NCBI GenBank assembly: GCA_964392315.1
Contig: CAYMOT010000003.1
Span: 67,665-131,664, forward strand
DNA from: an uncultured Candidatus Saccharibacteria bacterium
GTDB taxonomy: Bacteria; Patescibacteriota; 4484-211; JAGQKX01
Length of the DNA stretch: 64,000 nt
Reading direction: 5' to 3'
Position 1 is the stretch's first letter. The number at the start of each line of letters is the position of its first letter. The notes under the pieces were generated by a model. The model saw nothing but the letters and a program-made list of their open reading frames with translations. It searched no databases and was not told the DNA's origin. Below, piece after piece: positions 37,387 to 46,592 of the stretch. The position numbers and the translations under genes are program-made.

Positions 37387-39486
37387 TCAGGACATTTGTT
37401 TGTATACATCTATTAGAAACTGTATATGTTCCTCTATCGTTATGCCCATCAACTCCACACCCCTCATGATTTCTGCTCGATCCACCTTCGCAGCAAACGA
37501 AGCGTCCTTAAACTTTTTCATTGCGGAACTGACTTTCATGTTTTCAAACTTCTCTTCCCGCATGAGAGAATATGCATAGAGTAATCCCGCTAATTCGTCG
37601 GTCGCCACAAGCGTCTTTGCGAGTAAGGTCTGCGGCTGTACTCCGGTACGATGCTGTGCATGCGCTGCAACCGCGTGCCGAAGCGCCTCAGGGTATCCCC
37701 ACTCTTTGAACCAATCCAAGCTTTTGGTTGGATGGTCGTCTGGGTATTGGAAATAGTCCAAATCATGCAGCAATCCTGTTAAGTACCATAAGTCTTTGTG
37801 CATTCCATACTTTTCGGCGTATGCCTCTAGCCCAAGTGCCACCATGCGCGCGTGCAGTCGCTGGTAGGAATCCTGAACGTACTCTTCAAGAAGCGTTGCT
37901 GCTTCTTCACGCGTTGGAAGACCAGTAGCATCTTCCTTCTGAGATGTAATAGTCGGTTTATGCGCTGGTAATATATCGTGATACAATTTTTGCGTGTTTG
38001 CATCGTATTCTGCTTTCATAAGGGGGAATAATGTCCCTTCACGCGCGGTAACGTCCTCAAAAAACCAAAATACCCGCTCACTATGCCCATACCCTGCCGT
38101 AGGTGGCATACCATATTCAAGCATTTCTACATAATCGATATCTAGCATCTGTGCTTCTTCGTCCCCCGTATCCCGCAGAGACTGCTGCTCTACAAAACGC
38201 TCCAGTTGGTCTAATGGATCGTTGAGCTCGCTATATCCATTTGCAAGCTCACTACCTGCTAAGAGTACGTGAAACCGTTGCGTCAAGCGAGGGTCATCTT
38301 CTTGGGATTTTGCAAGCGGTGACATGAACTTTGGCTCATTTACCAAAAATGCTGGCCCGCTTATTGTCTTGCGGATAACCTTCCACAGATTATCAATGAG
38401 TCGATTTCTATTCACATCTCCCGAAAGCACCACGCCTTGTTGTCTTAGAACTTCGGTCATTCGTTCTTCTGAATCTTCAAAGATATCAATGCCAAGCTTT
38501 TCCTGAATCACCGCTACATAGTCGATTTCTTCCCATTCGTCCTGTAAGTCAAAGATGTGCCCACGGGTTTGGAATTTAGTCGTTCCATAGACCTTCTGAG
38601 CGACAAAACGAAACAACTCCTGGGTGAAAGTCATCGCTTTTCGTGAATCCGCATATGCCCAATACCATTCTAGTTGGGTGTATTCTTGTAGGTGCTCGTC
38701 GCTCACCCCTTCGTTACGGAAATTCGGACCTAATGTAAAAATTTTTTCAAATCCTCCGCCAATCAATCGTTTTTGATAGAGTTCGGTTGAGATACGCAGG
38801 TAGAGCGTCTCATCAAGATCGTTATGATAGGTTTCAAAAGGGCGGGCATCAGCGCCTCCGGTTACATGTTCAAGTACCGGAGTCTCCACTTCTACAAAAC
38901 CATTCCGCTGCATAAATTCCCGATTTGCCTGCCAGAACCTCGACTTACGCAAAAACCGCTCCTTCACGTCAGGGTTTATCCATAGGTCTATATACCGCCT
39001 ACGGTAGCGCTGTTCTTTATCCTCTAAATGCACTGGATGAGGACGGAGAGATTTTGTCAGCATCCGAATGGTCTGCGCCAAGACTGATACCTCACCCGTA
39101 CGTGTTTTAGTTACCGTACCATGAACTTCGACAAAATCTCCCAGATCTATCAGATACATATCTTCCCACCCAAGAAATCCTTTTTCATGATCTTCTTGCA
39201 CGGTATCGGTGCGAATATAAATTTGAATTGTTCCTGAGGCATCCTGAAGGTCAGCAAACATAACTGAGCCGTGTTCACGTTGCGCAGTAAGCCGCCCAGC
39301 GACTGTTACTTCTGTGCCCTCTAATACGTCAAATTGTGTGTGAATGTTGTTATTCTCATAGTTTTTTTGAGAATGTGCGGGATACGGATTTATACCAAGT
39401 GCTCTGAGTTTATTGGCATGCGCCAGTCGTGTTGCTCTTTGGTCTACTAACGTGCTACCGGTTGATTGGTCATGCATATGCCCCAT
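37387..39486 (-). CDS. lysS: Lysyl-tRNA synthetase (class II) fused to a C-terminal YqeK-like HD-domain hydrolase
   Basis: 699 aa. OB anticodon-binding domain VTVAGRLTAQREHGSVMFADLQDASGTIQIYIR and the class II core. The C-terminal ~190 aa carry H...HD...H..H...D (RLHARMVALG...LLHDLDYF...RHAVAAHAQHRTG...ATDEL), which aligns with the YqeK HD pattern. Confidence 0.75.
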   Translation of the reverse strand: MGHMHDQSTGSTLVDQRATRLAHANKLRALGINPYPAHSQKNYENNNIHTQFDVLEGTEVTVAGRLTAQREHGSVMFADLQDASGTIQIYIRTDTVQEDHEKGFLGWEDMYLIDLGDFVEVHGTVTKTRTGEVSVLAQTIRMLTKSLRPHPVHLEDKEQRYRRRYIDLWINPDVKERFLRKSRFWQANREFMQRNGFVEVETPVLEHVTGGADARPFETYHNDLDETLYLRISTELYQKRLIGGGFEKIFTLGPNFRNEGVSDEHLQEYTQLEWYWAYADSRKAMTFTQELFRFVAQKVYGTTKFQTRGHIFDLQDEWEEIDYVAVIQEKLGIDIFEDSEERMTEVLRQQGVVLSGDVNRNRLIDNLWKVIRKTISGPAFLVNEPKFMSPLAKSQEDDPRLTQRFHVLLAGSELANGYSELNDPLDQLERFVEQQSLRDTGDEEAQMLDIDYVEMLEYGMPPTAGYGHSERVFWFFEDVTAREGTLFPLMKAEYDANTQKLYHDILPAHKPTITSQKEDATGLPTREEAATLLEEYVQDSYQRLHARMVALGLEAYAEKYGMHKDLWYLTGLLHDLDYFQYPDDHPTKSLDWFKEWGYPEALRHAVAAHAQHRTGVQPQTLLAKTLVATDELAGLLYAYSLMREEKFENMKVSSAMKKFKDASFAAKVDRAEIMRGVELMGITIEEHIQFLIDVYKQMS

Positions 39487-39506
39487 TGTAACATGACTAT
39501 TTGGTC

Positions 39507-39989
39507 TTATTGAGATGTTTTATCGTGGATCTTGACAACCTTATAGAGAATTGTCGTATGCGGAAGTCTTACTTCTACCTCATCACCTGTTTTGAGTCCG
39601 AGCAGTGCTTTTCCAACTGGTGATTCGTAGGAAATTTTGCCGGTAGCAGGGTCAGCCTCTGCTGATCCTACTAACTGGTATACAACGTGCTCGCCGTCAA
39701 TTTCTACCGTAACCATTGCCCCGACATTTATCGTTGTAGAAACGTTTTGCTCAGGGTCAATGACCTTAGCATTTTCCAGTATCTGTTCAATCTCTATAAT
39801 GCGCCCTTCGAGCATCATCTGCTGATCCCGGACATTTTCAAACTCCGGATTATCTTCGAGGTTGCCCTTGCCCCGAGCCTCTTTTACCTGCTGTAACATT
39901 TCAGGTTTATCCTCTTTTGTAAGTTTGTGGTACTCTTGCTTTAATTTGTTATACCCATCCTGGGTAAGATAGTATGGCTCGGTTGACAT
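39507..39989 (-). CDS. greA: Transcription elongation factor GreA family, copy 2
   Basis: 160 aa. N-terminal coiled coil with an acidic tip (GNLEDNPEFE) and a C-terminal FKBP-like domain. Confidence 0.75.
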   Translation of the reverse strand: MSTEPYYLTQDGYNKLKQEYHKLTKEDKPEMLQQVKEARGKGNLEDNPEFENVRDQQMMLEGRIIEIEQILENAKVIDPEQNVSTTINVGAMVTVEIDGEHVVYQLVGSAEADPATGKISYESPVGKALLGLKTGDEVEVRLPHTTILYKVVKIHDKTSQ

Positions 39990-40021
39990 TTTACTTGATG
40001 AATACTATGCAATTTGGCAGG

Positions 40022-40495
40022 TTAGTCAATATGCAATATTTCATACAATACATTACCCCCTGGTGCCTCAACAGAAATTTTATCACCTTTTGTTTTTCCT
40101 ATTAGTGCTGTTCCAATCGGAGATGTCGCTGATATTTTTCCCTGCGTGATATCAGCCTCAGTCTCACCAACAAGCTGATACGTTACTTTATCATTTACAA
40201 TATGTAGCGTCACCACAGACCCTATCCCTACGGTTCCGTCAGAGGTCTTCTCTATGACCTGGGCGTTCTTGGTTAAATCCTCTAGTTCTGCAATCCTGCC
40301 GTCCAGAAATGATAATTTATTCTTCTGAATCTCATACGCCGCATTCTCTTTCAGATCACCCAGACTTCTCATGCTCTCAAGTTCCTTTACTACATGGGGG
40401 CGCTCATTCTTTAATTGTTCTAACTCTCGTTCCAGGTCGTGAAGACCGCTTAGTGTTAGGTGAATTTGAGTTGGTTGTATCGTACTTTTTGCCAT
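40022..40495 (-). CDS. greA: Transcription elongation factor GreA family, copy 1
   Basis: 157 aa with acidic tip GDLKENAAYE; tandem to copy 2. Confidence 0.75.
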   Translation of the reverse strand: MAKSTIQPTQIHLTLSGLHDLERELEQLKNERPHVVKELESMRSLGDLKENAAYEIQKNKLSFLDGRIAELEDLTKNAQVIEKTSDGTVGIGSVVTLHIVNDKVTYQLVGETEADITQGKISATSPIGTALIGKTKGDKISVEAPGGNVLYEILHID

Positions 40496-40566
40496 AGAAA
40501 ACCTCCATTTGAATTTGTCATAACGAGCTATTCATGCTTAAAACTGGAATAAGCGAGGAGTGACTG

Positions 40567-41235
40567 TTATCGAGAAACGCCTCTTCTCAATAACCCCCGT
40601 ATTATATTTTTTGCTATGAACATTGTCAATATAACGATGACTACACAAACAACCTGGTTCAGAGTCAACATCCCTGCAATCCTATATTCAGTTCGCAGAA
40701 ATTCGAGGCTGAAGCGGACAATCGCATACAAAAAAAGAGCAACTAGGAACAAATTCTCTCGGATCCAGAGCACTTGTTTCTCCATAACGAGTACTGCGGT
40801 AAAAAGAGCAAGGTTAGCAATAGAATCATAATAAGCAAACGGGACGAGTTCATTATTGAGAATATTTCCCCATCTACCAATCGCAATAACGAAAAATATA
40901 TATGGCGCAATGCCATTTAAGATAGTACGAGCGGATATGCCTGTTTTTTTTGAGTATATAGACACCGTCGCAACTCCTGCCCAGAATGCCCCCCAAAAAC
41001 CGAGTCCACCGCGCCAAATATAAAAAATATTGACAAGATTTTCCTCATACAGATACCAGTCGGTTATCACATGGTGCACACGCGCGCCAATAAGGATTGC
41101 AGGTGCAGCAATCAAAGCTAACGTCATCACATGATCAGATGAAATTCCCCTATGAAGCAGGCGCCTACGTGCGAGTAAATATGCGATGAGTAACGCAAGG
41201 GAAAGCAACATTCCGTATGACGAAGGCAAGAACAT
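40567..41235 (-). CDS. lgt: Prolipoprotein diacylglyceryl transferase
   Basis: 222 aa polytopic protein. The Lgt signature region ...IGRWGNILNNELVPF... matches RiGNFfNgElyG. Confidence 0.65.
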   Translation of the reverse strand: MFLPSSYGMLLSLALLIAYLLARRRLLHRGISSDHVMTLALIAAPAILIGARVHHVITDWYLYEENLVNIFYIWRGGLGFWGAFWAGVATVSIYSKKTGISARTILNGIAPYIFFVIAIGRWGNILNNELVPFAYYDSIANLALFTAVLVMEKQVLWIRENLFLVALFLYAIVRFSLEFLRTEYRIAGMLTLNQVVCVVIVILTMFIAKNIIRGLLRRGVSR

Positions 41236-41269
41236 ACTGAAATAGTATCAAATCCTTTATAATGTACCT

Positions 41270-42508
41270 ATGTTTACTCCCGAAACAGTGAGGAAAGACT
41301 TTCCATCATTAGAACAACTGCGCAATAGGAAAAAGCCTATCTATTTTGACACTGCGTGTACATCATTGAAGCCACAGACTGTTGTTGACGCATGCACCGA
41401 CTACTATACCCATTTCCCTGGTTGCGCCGAACGCAGCACCCATTGGTTCGCTGAGGCGACACAAATACGCGTTGATGAGTCCAGAAAAAACGTAGCCAAC
41501 TTTTTAAAAGCCTTTTCTGATCAAGAAATAGTATTTACTCCCAACACGACGGCTTCAATAAATCTGATCGCACACCAACTGTATATACGCGGTGGAATCG
41601 TCGTCGTGAGTGACAAAGAGCACAACTCAAATTTTCTCCCTTGGCAACAAGCTGCGCGAAATCCAAAGGTGCACCTGGAAATAATTCCCACAGACCAGCC
41701 CTCAGGTGCGCTTGATCTCAAAGTGCTCGAGGAGAGATTAGCAGAGCATACCGAGGGAGAAGGATTGAAAATCGTCTCTACGTTTTTGGTGTCAAATTTT
41801 GACGGCAGCCACAATCCCGTAGAAACGATTGCAAAACTGGCAAAAAAATATGGATATCTTTTTCATCTTGACGCTGCACAGGCTGCATCACACATTCCTT
41901 TGAATGTGCAACAGCTTGGATGCGATCTGTTGTCTTTTTCTGGTCATAAGACCCTTGGTCCTACCGGAATAGGGGTACTTTGGGGAAAATCTGACCTTCT
42001 GGAAACATTTGAACCATATATGGTTGGTGGAGGTACACCGCTCGACGTAACGGATACCGACACCCAATACTCCTACCCACCCAAACGGTTTGAAGCCGGT
42101 ATTCAAAATTATGCAGGTATTATTGGCCTCAACGCGGCGCTTACCTATCTCACGCATATTCCCGGTTACCACGAGTCATCTATCTCTATCCATGCGCAAA
42201 ATCTAAATGAATTTGTAACAAAGGAACTGCGTGCGATGGACATGAGAATCAGTATACTCGGACCTTATGATACTCAGGATAGGCCCACCATCCTCGCGTT
42301 TACCTTACAAGGTGTACATGCCCAGCAAGTTGCGTATCTCCTTAATGAAAAGGCAAATATTATGACACGTGCAGGCAGGCACTGTGTGCACGCATACTGT
42401 AACAAGTACCATATTGCAGGAAGCGTACGGTTGTCGTTTTACGCATATAACACACGGCAAGAATGCGAAACGTTTTTGGGCGTGATGGAAGATATTATTC
42501 GGTTATAA
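41270..42508 (+). CDS. Class V aminotransferase, cysteine desulfurase (SufS/CsdA-like)
   Basis: 412 aa with the PLP-Lys region SFSGHKTLGPTGIGVLWG and the Cys loop RAGRHCVH. Confidence 0.75.
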   Translation: MFTPETVRKDFPSLEQLRNRKKPIYFDTACTSLKPQTVVDACTDYYTHFPGCAERSTHWFAEATQIRVDESRKNVANFLKAFSDQEIVFTPNTTASINLIAHQLYIRGGIVVVSDKEHNSNFLPWQQAARNPKVHLEIIPTDQPSGALDLKVLEERLAEHTEGEGLKIVSTFLVSNFDGSHNPVETIAKLAKKYGYLFHLDAAQAASHIPLNVQQLGCDLLSFSGHKTLGPTGIGVLWGKSDLLETFEPYMVGGGTPLDVTDTDTQYSYPPKRFEAGIQNYAGIIGLNAALTYLTHIPGYHESSISIHAQNLNEFVTKELRAMDMRISILGPYDTQDRPTILAFTLQGVHAQQVAYLLNEKANIMTRAGRHCVHAYCNKYHIAGSVRLSFYAYNTRQECETFLGVMEDIIRL

Positions 42509-42553
42509 GAGTGAGCGATGTGTAGATTAGTTATGAAAGCGAGTGAGATAAAA

Positions 42554-42700
42554 ATGTGCAGGCATCAACGTAAATGTCCGAAATGTAGCACATCCTGTTG
42601 GTGCGATTTGATGACAAACATTTTTATTCTTACGAGCGGAAACTTGACTTTCCAAAGATTTAGGCTTACTTATTTCGCGCTTTTTCTAGCAAGTCATTAA
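42554..42700 (+). CDS. Small Cys-rich peptide, copy 1
   Basis: MCRHQRKCPKCSTSCWCDLMTNIF... The N-terminal 24 aa and the upstream gcgagYgagata...aaaATG are conserved with the copy at 57928. Synonymous differences (ccg/cct, aca/acg) suggest the ORF is coding. Confidence 0.4.
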   Translation: MCRHQRKCPKCSTSCWCDLMTNIFILTSGNLTFQRFRLTYFALFLASH

Positions 42701-43328
42701 GCATCTTTTCTGATGGCACACCTGCCAGGAGCTCTCCATTTATATAAAACGATGGTGTAGAGTTTAGATTGAGTTCATTTGCTTTCGCCCGATCAGCATC
42801 AACACGACTGGCATATATTGATCCAGCGTTGCTTGCGTCTTGTAATGCGGTGGTGAAGGCGGCTTCATCGAGCTCTATATTCTTAGCATAGGTGACAAAA
42901 AACGACTTCGGGTCGCTTGCGTCAGACCATTCTTCTTGATTATCAAAAAGCTGGTCATGATATTCCCAGAATTTACCCTGCTCTGCCGCTATTTCCGACG
43001 CAATCGCTGCACTACGCGCATTAGCGTGAATTGAAGTCAAAGGAAAATGCCGATACATCAGCCGTACTTCCGTCGCATTATTTTCAACAAATTGCGTTAT
43101 GAGCGGCTCCGCTGCTTTGCATGCGGGACATTGAAAATCAGAAAACTCAACGATAGTCAGGAGTGCGTTCTCCGTGTTTGCACCTTTAATATGACGGGCT
43201 TCACTCGTGACTTGAGATTGTTCGATTTGAGGGACTGTTTGATTTGAACTGGTGAACCATAGTATTAAGCCAAACAAGACAATAGTTCCGAGGATTACGC
43301 CAATTATGATTTTTTGATCACCTTTCAT
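42666..43328 (-). CDS. DsbA-like thiol:disulfide oxidoreductase, membrane-anchored
   Basis: 220 aa with an N-terminal TM anchor and a thioredoxin-fold CPAC active site (FQCPACKAAEP). Confidence 0.75.
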   Translation of the reverse strand: MKGDQKIIIGVILGTIVLFGLILWFTSSNQTVPQIEQSQVTSEARHIKGANTENALLTIVEFSDFQCPACKAAEPLITQFVENNATEVRLMYRHFPLTSIHANARSAAIASEIAAEQGKFWEYHDQLFDNQEEWSDASDPKSFFVTYAKNIELDEAAFTTALQDASNAGSIYASRVDADRAKANELNLNSTPSFYINGELLAGVPSEKMLNDLLEKARNK

Positions 43329-43376
43329 AACCTCCCCATTATATCCGATGGATTCAAAATATGCTAAAAATACATT

Positions 43377-44738
43377 ATGCCCATTCCATACGACCTTTTG
43401 GTTATTGGCTCTGGTTCTGGCTTATCCGTTGCTTCGAAACTGGCAACAGAACACAATTTTCGGGTAGCGGTTATCGAATCTGGCCCCATTGGAGGAACGT
43501 GTCTCAACCGCGGGTGTATTCCTTCAAAAATGCTTATTCATGTCGCAGAAGTACTCGAGACAATAAACACCGCAAAGCAGTTCGGTATAGATGCTTCTGT
43601 ACATGCAATAGACTTTGCACGTATTACAAATCGCGTACACGAGATGGTCGACGAAGAATCACGAATGCTTGAAGAGAATATTCGAGACCACCCCCGTATT
43701 GACCTGTACACAGGAATAGCCCAATTCGTTGCATCAAAAGAAGTCCTTGTCGCAGATACCCAGATCACCGCCGACCGTGTATTGATCGCCGCTGGAGCAC
43801 GACCATTCGTACCGCCTATTCCAGGTATAGAATCGGTCGAATATTGGACGAGTACGGAAGCACTCAGGCAAAATATGCAACCATCGTCGCTCATCATTAT
43901 TGGCGGTGGATATATTGGCATGGAGCTCGGACACTTCTATGGCAATTTGGGCACCGATGTGACAGTGATCGAAATGCTTGACCTTCTCCTAGCTCGAGAA
44001 GACCACGAAATTGCAGAAACGTTTACTCAATTATTTAGTAAAAAATACCCCGTATATCTCAAATCGAAAATTGAAAAAGTGTCGCAAAAAGCAGACGGAA
44101 CCAAAGTCGTCACCTGCATTACGAGTACAAACGAGCGAAAAGACTTCGAGGCGGAGGCGCTCTTATTGGTCACTGGCACCAAGCCTAATTCTGACACGTT
44201 ACACCTTGAGAACACTAAAGTAGCAGTAAACGAGCGGGGATATATACAGGTCGATGAATATCTGCAAACAACCGAAGAAAATGTCTGGGCATTAGGAGAT
44301 ATCGTTGGCAAGGCGCCATTCAAGCACGGCGCAAACTACGAAGCAAACATCATACTGAATAACATTGTGGGCAATGAAAAAATGAAAGCAGATTACTCGG
44401 TTATGCCACACGCAGTATTCTCATCTCCCCAAGTGGCAGGTGTTGGCCTTACGGAAGAGCAGGTCAAAGAAAGCGGCATTCCCTATGAGGTACGAAAGAA
44501 AGAGTACATCAAAACCGGTATGGGACAAGCCATGCAGGCACATGAGGGTTTCGTTAAATTTATCATAAACCCCACGGATGAAACTATTCTGGGTTGTCAT
44601 ATTATCGGACCACACGCGTCAACGTTGATCCAAGAAGTTGTACTCGCTATGAGCACTGCCGGTGCAAAAACTTCAGCAATAAAAAACAGCATTCATATCC
44701 ACCCTGCACTCACCGAAGTAGTCCAGCGAGCACTGTAA
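43377..44738 (+). CDS. Class I pyridine nucleotide-disulfide oxidoreductase (dihydrolipoyl dehydrogenase / glutathione reductase family)
   Basis: 453 aa. FAD motif GSGSG, redox-active disulfide GGTCLNRGCIPSK, and an HPALTE-type C-terminal dimerisation motif. Confidence 0.8.
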   Translation: MPIPYDLLVIGSGSGLSVASKLATEHNFRVAVIESGPIGGTCLNRGCIPSKMLIHVAEVLETINTAKQFGIDASVHAIDFARITNRVHEMVDEESRMLEENIRDHPRIDLYTGIAQFVASKEVLVADTQITADRVLIAAGARPFVPPIPGIESVEYWTSTEALRQNMQPSSLIIIGGGYIGMELGHFYGNLGTDVTVIEMLDLLLAREDHEIAETFTQLFSKKYPVYLKSKIEKVSQKADGTKVVTCITSTNERKDFEAEALLLVTGTKPNSDTLHLENTKVAVNERGYIQVDEYLQTTEENVWALGDIVGKAPFKHGANYEANIILNNIVGNEKMKADYSVMPHAVFSSPQVAGVGLTEEQVKESGIPYEVRKKEYIKTGMGQAMQAHEGFVKFIINPTDETILGCHIIGPHASTLIQEVVLAMSTAGAKTSAIKNSIHIHPALTEVVQRAL

Positions 44739-44792
44739 CACCGATTTGACAGAAACAAACACTAAAATTAGAATGTTAGAAATTCTAACATT

Positions 44793-45020
44793 ATGAACAT
44801 CGACATTATTCGAATACAAAAAAAAGGGTTAGTTACTCTTCCAAAAAAGATGCGCGATGCGGTGGGTTTGGAAGAAAATGGATATGCACGTATTACTAAA
44901 GAAGGCAAGAAAATCATTTTAGAACCTGTGCGTATTGATTATCCTGTTCGATCTTATACAGAGAAAGAAGTGGATGATTTTATAACAACTGATCGCGAAG
45001 AGACAACGCAGCTTGCGTAA
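44793..45020 (+). CDS. AbrB/SpoVT-domain protein, putative antitoxin
   Basis: 75 aa; IQKKGLVTLPKKMRDAVGLEENG fits the swapped-hairpin AbrB/MazE fold. Confidence 0.5.
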   Translation: MNIDIIRIQKKGLVTLPKKMRDAVGLEENGYARITKEGKKIILEPVRIDYPVRSYTEKEVDDFITTDREETTQLA

Positions 45021-45040
45021 AAGAGGCTGCTGTAGAGAGA

Positions 45041-45460
45041 ATGGACAACAAACCGTTAGTGTTTTTAAATGCCTCTGTCATATTGGCAGGACTCCACTCG
45101 CCAAGTGGTGGCTCTGCAAAAATATTACACTGGGGCAAAACACATAAAATTCAATGTATTATTAGTGAAATCGTATTTAAAGAGGTTCTCCGGCATGCAA
45201 ATAAGCTCGGTCTTTCTCCGCTATTTATTAGTACTGCAATCTTTACGTTCGCAAAAATTTCTCCTGCCCCACTTAGGTTACATACAAGATATAAAGACAT
45301 CGTAAAAGACGAAGGCGACCTCCATTTATTTACTTCATGTGCAAGTTTACATATTGATTATCTCGTTTCCTTAGACAAAAAACATGTCCTTGCATTAAAA
45401 GAAAAGATAACCGAATTCACAATCGTAACCCCAGGAGAGCTTATTTCACTCCTTTCATAG
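45041..45460 (+). CDS. Putative PIN-like toxin partner (degenerate)
   Basis: 139 aa, 20 bp downstream of the AbrB-like gene. LVFLNASVIL has the PIN first-strand pattern with Asn where the catalytic Asp is expected. The call is uncertain. Confidence 0.35.
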   Translation: MDNKPLVFLNASVILAGLHSPSGGSAKILHWGKTHKIQCIISEIVFKEVLRHANKLGLSPLFISTAIFTFAKISPAPLRLHTRYKDIVKDEGDLHLFTSCASLHIDYLVSLDKKHVLALKEKITEFTIVTPGELISLLS

Positions 45461-45498
45461 TTATTGCGAAAAATAAAGGTACTATTTATCATCAGTCA

Positions 45499-45888
45499 AT
45501 GCACAAAGACATTACCGCATACAACAAAAAACAAACTTCTCCCTGGAAGGAAATTTGCGAAATACTCGCTAAGGAAATCGATGCAGGACTTCCCCAAGCA
45601 GACAGTAAAGTGTGGCATGCACACCCAGTGTGGTTTTTGGACGGTAATCCAGTCGCAGGGTATAGCAAACTAAAAGACTCTGTCAGATTATTATTCTGGA
45701 GCGGGCAATCATTTGATGAGCCCGAATTACAAAAAGAAGGCAGCTTCAAAGCAGCAGAAGCACGCTACACCGACGTATCCCAAATAGATGTTGATGCCCT
45801 CCACCACTGGCTCCAAAAAGCCACTGATATCCAATGGGATTACAAAAATATTGTGAAGAGAAAAGGGAGACTTGAGCGATTGTCCTGA
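45499..45888 (+). CDS. Small conserved hypothetical (YdhG/DUF1801-like)
   Basis: 129 aa; the family assignment is tentative and rests on overall pattern only. Confidence 0.4.
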   Translation: MHKDITAYNKKQTSPWKEICEILAKEIDAGLPQADSKVWHAHPVWFLDGNPVAGYSKLKDSVRLLFWSGQSFDEPELQKEGSFKAAEARYTDVSQIDVDALHHWLQKATDIQWDYKNIVKRKGRLERLS

Positions 45889-45914
45889 AGAGTTATGTGC
45901 AGATAAAAAACATC

Positions 45915-46514
45915 TTAGGGTCTTTTGTACTTTGCATAAACTGTATCGAAATCATTTTGAATTCCTAGCTTCCTCCATAAACCAGTAACCCATTCCGCAT
46001 CACTCATTCCATAATAAGCATAATGAAAAAAATAAATTACTTTATTATTGTAACTTCTCACAAAATATTTATTAAACACATTGGCTAAGAAAGAATTTGG
46101 CGCACCCAATACAATAAATGTGGTAGCATCATGGATCCCAATATCTTTCATTTCCTGACTAAAACTGTTCAAACTCTTATCAATGAGACCCGGGGTTAAG
46201 ATGGATTTTACTTTTTGTGACTCTACTTCAGGTAAATCCTTAAACAAATCCGTGATATAAGAACCTCTCAATTCCATATCATTACAAGCATATTTTATTT
46301 TTCTGTCATGCTTACCGCCGTGGAAGTTTATCCAATCTATTCCTGTTAATGATCTGGAGATGTTTAATCCTATTAGTACAAAGTTTGCATGTAGTTCCTG
46401 ATAGTTTCTATCAATAACAGTAGTATCTTTCTCGGTCTTGTAATCCCAAATAGCCCAACTTGAGTAAGCACCATATGTAACTTTTAAGGAATTATATTCG
46501 TCAAGCGTATACAT
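45915..46514 (-). CDS. Hypothetical protein downstream of hsdR (199 aa)
   Basis: Its start lies 79 bp below the hsdR stop on the same strand. Very AT-rich, with no motif recognised. Confidence 0.5.
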   Translation of the reverse strand: MYTLDEYNSLKVTYGAYSSWAIWDYKTEKDTTVIDRNYQELHANFVLIGLNISRSLTGIDWINFHGGKHDRKIKYACNDMELRGSYITDLFKDLPEVESQKVKSILTPGLIDKSLNSFSQEMKDIGIHDATTFIVLGAPNSFLANVFNKYFVRSYNNKVIYFFHYAYYGMSDAEWVTGLWRKLGIQNDFDTVYAKYKRP

Positions 46515-46592
46515 ATTATTGCTAAACTAACATTTTCTATGTTTAATGCTAACAATTTTTATGTCAAAAGATCTCACCTTTTAGTACTCCCT

